From the NCBI RefSeq assembly GCF_009914755.1, contig NC_060931.1: a stretch of 64,000 bases of DNA, one strand, 5' to 3'. The notes beneath the pieces are model-generated. The model saw nothing but the letters and a program-made list of their open reading frames with translations. It was not told the origin of the DNA and made no database searches. The DNA comes from the human T2T-CHM13v2.0 reference genome, Homo sapiens. Below, in pieces: positions 54,780 to 64,000 of this stretch. Each line of letters opens with the position of its first letter. Positions within the stretch are counted from its first letter, which is position 1. The position numbers and the translations under genes were made by a program.

Positions 54780-57560
54780 GTATGTTTATAATTACGTTTT
54801 CCTGAAGATTTGACCCTATTATCATTATAAGATTTCCCTCTCTGTCTTCTCTGCCTGTAGTAACAATTGGGTCATAAAGTCTACAATGTTTGTAAGGTTT
54901 AATATTAATATTGCTATGACAGCTCTCTTTTGGTTATTGTTTGAATGATATGTCTTCATCGTATTATAAATGTCATCCAATATAGCTCTACTCCCCTTTT
55001 GTGCTATTATTGTGATACAAATTGTATCTTTAAACATTATAATTCCATCAACATAATTTCATATATATTGCTTTACATAGTTGTCTTTTATATCAGATAG
55101 TAGAAGAGAAAAATTGCAAACAAACTTCTTCATACTCTTTTTAATAGTTACCTATGTAGTTATCTTTACTAGTGCACCTTTGCTGTAAATTTGAGTTACA
55201 ATCCAGTGTTCTTATTTTTATATTGCCTGAAGAACTCTCTTTACTATTTATTGTAGAAAATTTCTGCTAGTGATAATTTCTCTTCTTTTTAATATGCAAA
55301 GAGCTTAATTTGACCTTCATATTTAAAGGATAGTTTTACTTGAAATAATATTCTTTGTTGACAATATTTTTACCTTTAGCACTTTGCTATTCTATCCAAC
55401 TACTTTTAACCTACATGATTTCTGAAAAAAGTCAGCAGTTGATCTTATGGAAAATCACTAATTTGTAGTGAGTAATTTTTCTTTCTCTATTTTCAAGATG
55501 ATCTATTTGTCTTTAGTTTTGACAGTGTATAATGTGACTAGATGTATACTTCTGACTTTATCTCACTTGGAGTTTAAATTTCATGGATATACAAATTACT
55601 TATATGCACCAAACTTGATACTTAATTGGATATAATTTCTTCAAATAAACTTTCCTCTTTCTTTCTTTCCTTTCTTTTGGGACTCCCATTTTATATATGA
55701 TGTTATGCTTGATGTTGTCCTTTAGGTCTCTGAGATTATTCATTTTGTATTTTTTATTGTGTTCAGCTGGATTACCTCAATTTATCTTCATGTTAGCTGA
55801 TTCTTTTTTCTACCAGATCAAATGTGTTGTAGAATTCTTCTAATGAGTTTTTAATTTCAGTTGTTATACTTTTCAAATCCAGAATTTCTATACTAACCTT
55901 TAAAATTGTGTATCTTTATTGGTATTCTCTATTTGTTAAGACATTACCCTCACATTTTAATTGTCTAGGTAATGTTTCCTTTAGTTATTTAAACATATTA
56001 ATAATAATTTATTTTAAATATTTCTCAAATAAGACTTACATCTGAGCTTCCTCATAGTCTTCTTTGAGTGTTTTTATTTTTATTCTTTTGTATATAGACC
56101 ATATTTTCTCATTTCTTTATGGATCTCTCTTTTAAAAAACCTGGGCACTTAAAATAGAATGTGAGGCCACTGGGAAACAGATTTTTTCATAATTTGGGGG
56201 AGTTCATGGTTGTTATGGGATGTTGTCATTGTAGTTGTTGTTGATATTTGTTAATTTAGGGTTTTCCCTGGACTAGTTCTTTATAGTCTGTATACTTTGT
56301 CAAGTACAGCCACTGAAGCCTCTGCTTGATTATCTCAGTGGTCAGATAATGATCAGACAGAAATTTCCTTAAATGACTTTAACCAATAGGTCTTCCAGTC
56401 TTTGCCCAGGGCTCTGTATATATTAGGGAGTGCTTTTAATACTCCATTAGGAAGTTCGCAACTATAGGCTTCATTTTCTGCATGCATAGGCCTTCAGAAT
56501 CAGCCACAGTTGAGAATTTATGACATTCTCAGGGCTTACCTGAAATACATACAGCTCAGCACCCATGTATGTTCTTTATATCTCCAGGATATGTCAGAGT
56601 TTTGAAAAATTATCTATGGAAATCTCTTTCTCAGTTGTCCCTCTGAGGACTTTTGGTCAGACTATTATTAGCCCCAACTTGTATTGCCACCTCAGTCAGC
56701 AGTGATGTTAAACCATTGCGCTGGTTGTTTTCTACAAGTGTTCTAGAGATAAAGGCATTAATGCAAAGTTATTTCTGAGTCAGATCAAGTTAAAATAAAT
56801 CCAGATAATGGAGTTATTTAAGAAACTGCCATACACGTCCCATCATGACATTTCTCTCTTGCCATTTCTGGTGTGTGTTAGGTTTCCGGCTTTCACAGTC
56901 ACCTTACTTGCAGTGCATTTGGTTTTCTGGATTTCCATAGAACCGAAAGGAAAATATGTCAATAGGATAAGTTAAAATGACAAGTGTTCCATTTCTTACT
57001 GAGTGTATTAGTACATTCTCACACTGCTAATAAAGACATACCTGAGATTGGGTAATTTATAAAGGAAAGAGGTTTAATTGACTCACAGTTTTGCAGGGCT
57101 GGTGAGGTCTCCGGAAACTTACAATCATAGCAGAAGGCAAAGGGGAAGCAAACATGTCCTTCTTCACATGGCAGCAGGAAGGAGAAGAATGAGTGCCCAG
57201 CAAAGGGAGAAGCCCCTTATAAAACCATCAGATCTCATCAGAACTCACTCACTATCATGAGAACAGGATGGCGGAAACTGCCGCCATAATTCAATTATCT
57301 CTACCTGGTTCCCCCAATGACATGTGGGGATTATGGGAACTACAATTCAAGATGAGATTTGGGTGGGGACACAGCCAAACCATATCATTGAGATTCAGTC
57401 ATTTTTTCTTGAATAAACTCTGCTTGAATTATTATAAACTTCTGGATAATTTCAAGAATTTTGAAAAACATGTTTATTATGACAATTGCTGCCAGTGTTG
57501 CCATTTTTAATAAGAAAAAGATTTTACGAGCTTCTATTTCCAGCATTATGAAAGTCCATT
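54780..57560 (-). mobile_element. Old L1M 5' half (ORF2 start, ORF1, 5'UTR), interrupted by THE1
   Basis: ORF 54825..55037(-) NNNQKRAVIAILI resembles L1 EN; antisense ORF1 and 5'UTR follow. Confidence 0.75.
57004..57387 (-). mobile_element. THE1D-like solo LTR
   Basis: tgtattagtacattctcac...cagccaaaccatatca; TSD ctgag/ttgag. Confidence 0.93.
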
Positions 57561-57767
57561 TCCCCAGGATATGTAGTACTCTTTAATTGACTAGTTTTGC
57601 ACATAAAATGATTTGACCCCTATATAAAATGTAAAATGTATATCAAACTCTATTATGCAGAATGAAAAAATTAACTGTAAAAATAGAAGAAGAGACAAAT
57701 TCTGAAAACTTTATTTAAATTTCTTTCTCTGGTGGCTCATTTTTATTGTCAATTTCAAAATGAGTAA

Positions 57768-57772
<5 letters not shown>

Positions 57773-57805
<33 letters not shown>

Positions 57806-57825
57806 CAGAGAGAGAGAGAGAGAGA
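57773..57825 (+). repeat. Compound (TG)n(AG)n microsatellite
   Basis: Direct reading. Confidence 0.95.
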
Positions 57826-58565
57826 AATAGAGTGAAAAAAGAGAGAGAACGGTTCTCACCAGGCTTTGAACTTTGTGAAAACAAAGGTTCTGAAGAAAAA
57901 TAAAATTAATATCCTTCATAATTTTATTTTCCTAAACCCTTTAGGTGTTAATGGGATGTGTTTTATAAGAACTAATTTTCATCATGTTTGTATTTACTTA
58001 TGTAATGTCAGCTAGTCTAACACAAATACACAATGGCAGGTTTCTCTGTAGCCTATTAACAGCCAGTAATGCAGTGGAATTTCAATTAGTCAAGTGACAG
58101 TCAGCTACAACCCCAGAAGAATGAGATCAGATAATGTGCAGGAGTATGTCTTTATGTTTGTCTGAAAAGTTTAATTATAAATTCCATTAATTTATTCGGT
58201 TATTTTATTATTAGTGCAAAAATGCTGCTTTATTGGCAAATTCTAGCATACCCTTTTCTTCCCTTGAGTATCTTAGTGACCATCCATCTAGAAGTGTGAT
58301 TCAAACAGCCCAGTATTCTATTGGAAAAGAGAGAGAAGGTAAGAGAGAGCACAGCAGGCAAAAACACAGCCTTATGCCAGTAATCCTGAGACTCTCTAGG
58401 GAAAGGAGTGTCCTTTCATTTCCTACATAATAACTGTTACTTCCATTTTATCACATGTGGGGTTTAACTTAGCTGTGAATTCCTGCTCTAATCCAATCTG
58501 TTACTAAATTACCAATGTAACAGGAGAGATGGAAGGGGTTAGCATAAACTTAGACTGCTATAAGT

Positions 58566-58655
58566 TTACAACAATCCTCCATAACACAAGTTTACCAATA
58601 TAACAAACCTGCACATGTACCCCTAAACTTAAAATAAAAGTAAGATTAAAAAAAT
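58566..58655 (+). mobile_element. L1PA 3' tip (~90 bp)
   Basis: acaagtttaccaatataacaaacctgcacatgtacccctaaacttaaaataaaag. Confidence 0.85.
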
Positions 58656-59650
58656 AACATGATAAATATCAAAGATGAATTTATGTTTCTTTTTCTCTAA
58701 GGAGAGGCATGCATTATTTGTTGACTTTGATATTTGTTTAAATAACATGTATTTTGCCTACATTTTGATATTATGTACTAAATGAAGATAAATGTTACAT
58801 CTATGTATAATTATATTATATTCTCTCTACTACTCTACAAGTGACATTGATAAATTGACATTTATCATTATATTATCTTATGATAGAAATACATACGTGA
58901 AAATATAACCATGTAACTTAGACTTATAAAGATTGATTTTCAATGGTTTTGATTAGAGATTCCCAATATCCCTTTTATGACTGAATTAAACCAGACACAT
59001 TTTTAGAATAATGTTATGTATACCAGGAATGGTAGTGAGAAAAATATCAACATGCAACCCCCAAGGTCCTTTATTTTAAAATGTTCTGTTTTAGCCAATT
59101 ACATGTAAAATGATATTGAAACAAGTAGCACAAGATACCCACTAATATGGCTATTACAAATCTAGAAATACTTGCCCAGCATATAAGAACAAATTGCATT
59201 TATTAAATGTACTGCAAAAGTAAATCATTTCAACAAAAACCTGGAGAGACAGCTCAACTCTCTCATCTATTAAATATTTAATAGTATACATTTCAAGGTA
59301 TATCTTCATTGCTTACAAACACAATCAATGTGTTTGTTTATTATTAGTTAAATAATTTTGTCTTTGAGTCAACAGGATGTGTTATTGCCTTCACAGTATC
59401 CTACCATAATCCCTGGATTTGAACTCTAAATCGGTCAATAATTCCTTCAGTAACTGACATTAATATTTTTATAAATATGCAACATCCTATATCTTCTTCT
59501 CAATTTTTGCTGTCTGCACCTTCAATTGTTTGGAAGAAGTCTATTCGCATTATCAAGGATAATAGTTTTTCTTGAAGGCAACTGATATAACACAAAACCA
59601 CAAGTAACCACATCTAAAATTACCTTCACACCAACACCTAGATTACTGTT

Positions 59651-60145
59651 TATCTTAGTCCATTTGTGTTGCTATAAATGCATTCCTGAGGCTGAGTAAT
59701 TTATAAAGAAAAGAGGGTGATTTAGTTTACAGTTCTGTAGTATGTACAAGAAGCATGGCACTGGAATTTGCATCTGGTGAGAGCCTAAAGCTATTTCCAC
59801 TCATGGTGAAACAGGAAGAGGAGCCAGCATGCATACATTAGATTAGTGTGAAAGTAATTGACAAAAAAAAAAAAAAGGCAAAAACCACAATTACTTTTGC
59901 ACCAACCTAATAGCTCACATGGCAAGACGGGAAGCAGGGTGAAGGGAGGTGCTAGACTCTTTTTAACAACCAGCTGTCACAGAAGCTAATAGAGTGAGAA
60001 TTCACTCATTACCACAAGTACAGATCCAAGCCATCCATGAGGGGTCCACCTTCACGAACCACATACCTCCCATCAGACTTCAAGTCTAATGTCAGAGATC
60101 AAATTCCAACATGAGGTTTGGGGGACAAACATCCAAACAATAGCA
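59651..60145 (-). mobile_element. MSTB-like solo LTR containing a MADE1
   Basis: tcttagtccatttgtgttgctataa ... aaacatccaaacaatagca. Confidence 0.88.
59838..59910. mobile_element. MADE1 with poly-A-replaced centre
   Basis: Right TIR ggcaaaaaccacaattacttttgcaccaacctaa; partial left TIR. Confidence 0.85.
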
Positions 60146-60260
60146 GTTTGATTTAATCACTGGGTACTACAGTAGAGACATGTTGACACATTAATCTTAC
60201 TACCACAGGTAAATATCTATTCTGTGAATGTAGCAAATGAAGGTGTAATTACTTTAGGAA

Positions 60261-60486
60261 AATATATATATGTGTACATATATGTATATACACATATATA
60301 TTCCTTCTAAATATATATATATATTCCTTCTAAATATATATACATATATATTCCTTCTAAATATATATACATATATATTCCTTCTAAATATATATACATA
60401 TATATTCCTCCTAAATATATATACATATATATTCCTAAATATATATGTATATTCCTAAATATATACACATATATTCCTAAAGTATA

Positions 60487-60535
<49 letters not shown>
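60261..60535 (+). repeat. AT-rich minisatellite (27-bp unit ttccttctaaatatatatacatatata and shorter variants) plus (TA)n
   Basis: Direct reading; gives the IFLLNIYTY repeat ORF. Confidence 0.92.
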
Positions 60536-60537
<2 letters not shown>

Positions 60538-60699
60538 CCAATTTCATTAAATTACATCCATCAAATCCTAAAGGTTTTCTGCAAGAACAATTAAGTGCAT
60601 AGAAGCAAAAACTCTACACCAGAGGTTAATAAGCGGGTACCTGATTTTTAAGATATCAGAACATACTTTATACAAAGCATAATGTTCAATTGATTTAGA

Positions 60700-60860
60700 T
60701 GAGACATGGGTGCAAAGGTCAGTTCTGTCATTTACTAGTGATATGACTGAACAATTTGTGTAACTCTCTGAACTCAGTATCTTTATCTGGTAAATAGAGA
60801 TAATAATATGTCTGGCACATAATATGCCCATCACATATTAAGTACTCTCTAGACAATGCA
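60700..60860 (+). mobile_element. MIR
   Basis: taactctctgaactcagtatctttatctggtaaatagagataataat. Confidence 0.7.
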
Positions 60861-61387
60861 TATTATATGAGGGGAGAAAACATTTTATTTTTTCAGTTGC
60901 ATTTAAGATCAACAATAATAAGGTTTTGGTATTTGTAACCCATGCTCCTTTTACCACTACTCAACTATCATCCATTCAACTCTGCCTTTGCTAGGTAGGG
61001 TAGATTTTGATAATCAGAATGTTTTGTTTCCGAAGCAAAAATATATATATTTATTTTTTTCAGTACAAAGATGATTTCTATTCTTAGCCAAGATTAGTTG
61101 TTGATTTTGTACAAACCAGAGCAGCACTAAATAAATTTTAGTACTTGAAAAAATGAAGGCCTATAAGGGTCCCCAGAATAAAAGTTAATGGAGCCTGAAG
61201 TCTGGAACAGAAAGGCAGGAGGCTAGGAAAAGTTGGCTGGAAGTCTGAGACAATTAGAACAAATCAATTATTGGTAGAGGAAAAATGCTTCATGAGAATT
61301 GTTAACCATTATTGTGCAATGTATTCTTTCTTCTTCTAAAATCTATTATAGTAAAACACATGCTTCTTATTTTCTCTTCTCCCCCTT

Positions 61388-62966
61388 CCCAGCTGTATTC
61401 ACAGGCTGGCATTGAGTGTCTGTCTCTTTTCCAGGTGCACAGTGAAAGCTGTTGGTGCATCTACCATTCTGGAGTTTGGAGGACAGTGGCCTTCTCACAG
61501 CTGCACTAGGCAGTGTCCCAGTGGGGACTCTGTGTGGGGACTTTGACCCCACATTTCTTTTCTGCACTGCTCTAGCAGAGGTTCTCCTGAGGGCTCTATC
61601 ACTGCAGCAGACTTCTGCCTGGATATCCAGGTGTTTCTATACATCCTCTGAAACCTAGGTGGTGGTTTTCAAACCTCTATTCTTGACTTTTGTGCACCTG
61701 CAGGCTCAACAACACATGGAAGCTGCCAAGGCTTGGGGTTTAAATCCTCCAAAGCATGGCCTGAGCCCTATGTTGGCCCCTTTTAATCACAACTGGGTCA
61801 CAGGGCACCAAGTCCTAAGACTACACAAAGCAGCAAGGCCCTGGGCCTGACCCATAAAACCATTTTTTCCTCCTAGGCCTCTGAACCTGTGATGGGAGGG
61901 GCTGCCATGAAGACCTCTGATATGCCCTGGAGACATTTTCCCCATTATCTTGGTGGTTAACATTTGGCTACTAGTTACTTATGCAAATTTCTGCAGTAGG
62001 CTTAATTTATCCTCAGAAAATGAGTTTTTCTTTTCTATCACAACATGAGGCTGCAAAGTTTCTGAAATTTTATACTCTGCTTCCCTTTTAGATATAAGTT
62101 CTCAATCAAAACCATATCTTTGTGAATACATAAAACTGAAGGCTTTTAAGAGCACCCAAGCCACATATTGAATGCTTTGCTGTTTAGAAATTTTTTCTGC
62201 CAGGTGCCCTAAATTATATCTCTCAAGTTCAAAGTTCCACACATCTCTAGAACAGGGGCAAAATGCCACCAGTCTCCTTGCTAAAACATAACAATAGTCA
62301 CCTTTATTCCAGTTCCCAACAATTTCCTCGTCTTTATCTGAGACCACCTCAACCTGGACTTCATTGTCCTTATGACTACCAGTATTTTGGTCAAAGCCAT
62401 TTAACAAGTCTCTAGGAAGTTCCAAACTTTCCCACATCTTTCTGTCTTCTTCTGGGCCAACCTCTGCCTGTTCCAACCTCTACCTGTCACCCAGTTTCCA
62501 AAACTCTTCCAACCTTTTCCTTGTTACCCAGTTTCAAAGTTACTTCCACATTTTCAGGTATCTTTACAGCAGCACCCCACTCTACTGGTACTAATTTACT
62601 GTATTGGTCTATTTTCACACTGCTAATAAAGACACACTCAAGGCTGGCTAATTTATAAAGGAAAGCGGCTTAATGAACTCACAGTTCCACATGGCTGGGG
62701 AAGCCTCACAATCATGGCAGAAGGCAAAAGAGAAGAAAAGACAGATCTTACATGACAGCAGACAAAAGAGCATGTGCAGGTAAACTCCCCTTTATAAAAC
62801 CATCAGATCTCATGAGACTTAGTCACTATCATTGGAACAGCACAGAAAAGAACCGCCCCCCACACCCACTTCAATTACCTTCCACCATGTCCTTGCCATG
62901 ACATGTGGGAATTATGGGAGCTATAATCCAAGATGAAATTTGGGTGGACATAGCCAAACCATATCA
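61388..62966 (-). mobile_element. THE1B-like provirus: 5' LTR 62600-62966 + internal 61388-62599; 3' part and 3' LTR missing
   Basis: ORF 62102..62476(-) MWESLELPRDLLNGFDQN; LTR tgtattggtc...ccatatca. Confidence 0.92.
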
Positions 62967-64000
62967 CATTCTCATTCCAAAAGGGAGAAACTGACCAAAA
63001 TAAATTAGGGGTAATGGTCCTGACACTCAGCAGTGATGGCATTAAATCTAAAAGCTTCAACATAATCCTCAACTCCATGTCCAACATCCTAGTGCTAAGG
63101 CTGGGCTCCCAAGGCCTTGGGAAGGCCCAGTACTATGGCTTTCCAGGGTGCAGATTACATGGCTGCCCTAAAAGTTTGGAATTCAGTATTCATGGCTTTT
63201 CCAGGCAGAGGGTCAAAACTGTAGATGAATTTATCATTCTGGGGTCTAGATAGTGGTGGAATCCTTCCCACAGAGGCAGTAGGAAGTATCCTGGTAAGGA
63301 CACTGAGTGGGGGCTGCAATCCTACATTTCCCTTCAGTATTGCCCTCTACTAGTAGAGTTTCTCTTTTGGGGCTTCACCTGTGTGGCAGGCTTCTGCCTG
63401 GGCACTCAGGCTTTTCCATACCTCCTCTGAAATCTAGGTGGAAACCACCAAGCCTCCTTCACATTTGTATCCTGAACATCTGCAGAGTTAACACCACATG
63501 GAAACTCCCGAGGCTTATAGCTTGCATCCTCTGAAGCAGTGGACCAAACTGTTTCTGGGCCCTTTGTGTCATGGCTGGAGCCAGAGTGGCCAAAACTCAG
63601 GAAGCAGTGTCCCAAGGCTGCACAGGGCAGCAAGGTCCTGGGCCTGGCTCTTCAAACCATTTTCTCTTCCTAGATCTCTGAGGTTGTGATGGGAGGAGCA
63701 GTCTAAAAAAATGCCTTCAAGTTCTTTTTCCCATTGTCTTAGATGTTAACATGTGGCTTCCTTTCAGTTAGCTAATCTCTCTAGCAAGTACTGCTACACA
63801 GCCTACTTCGATTTTTTTATTACCAAATGGCCAGGCTGTAAATTTTTCAAATGTTTCCATTTTTCTTCCCTTTTAAATATAAGTTCCAACTTGAAGTCAT
63901 TTATTTGCTCTCATATATGATCATATGTTGTTAGAAACAGCCATGACAAATCTTGAAAGTTTTGCTGCTAAGAAATTTCTTCCACCAGATACCCTAGGTC
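62967..64000 (-). mobile_element. MST-int-like MaLR internal region (runs off the window)
   Basis: cattccaaaagggagaaa, ctctgaaatctaggtggaa, tctctctagcaagt; related to but distinct from the adjacent THE1-int. Confidence 0.8.

Noticed and set aside
60270-60458. Repetitive peptide IFLLNIYTY
   Set aside because: Translation of a 27-bp minisatellite
59651-61388. MSTB LTR as the missing 3' LTR of the MST-int at 63 kb
   Set aside because: Separated by ~1.2 kb of unique and older MIR-containing DNA, so an independent solo LTR is simpler

Overview
AT-rich primate (most likely human) genomic DNA, intergenic or deep intronic. I find no protein-coding gene, RNA gene or CRISPR array. Over half of the window is interspersed repeat: L1 (L1PA/L1MA/older L1M), Alu/FLAM, MIR/L2, MaLR (THE1/MST/MLT1), an intact MER52-type ERV1 solo LTR, ERVL LTR and pol relics, and DNA-transposon MITEs (MER1A, MADE1, Tigger-type). 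The supplied ORFs are repeat-derived or chance ORFs. Subfamily names come from recalled consensus sequences, not a database search. I cannot support a novel biological system. The most interesting signals are fossil mutational events: (1) a ~570-bp orphan retrocopy at 45.9-46.5 kb with AATAAA, poly(A) and a 17-bp TSD, whose body is antisense old-L1 5'UTR; (2) a ~235-bp duplication spanning a THE1 LTR boundary, copied 3.6 kb away; (3) a template-switch inverted duplication inside a THE1 provirus; (4) two TSD-flanked 5'-inverted L1s plus one tail-less scrambled L1; (5) an LTR-less ERVL RT fragment inside an L1; (6) an AT-rich minisatellite seeded from an inverted copy of its own flank.
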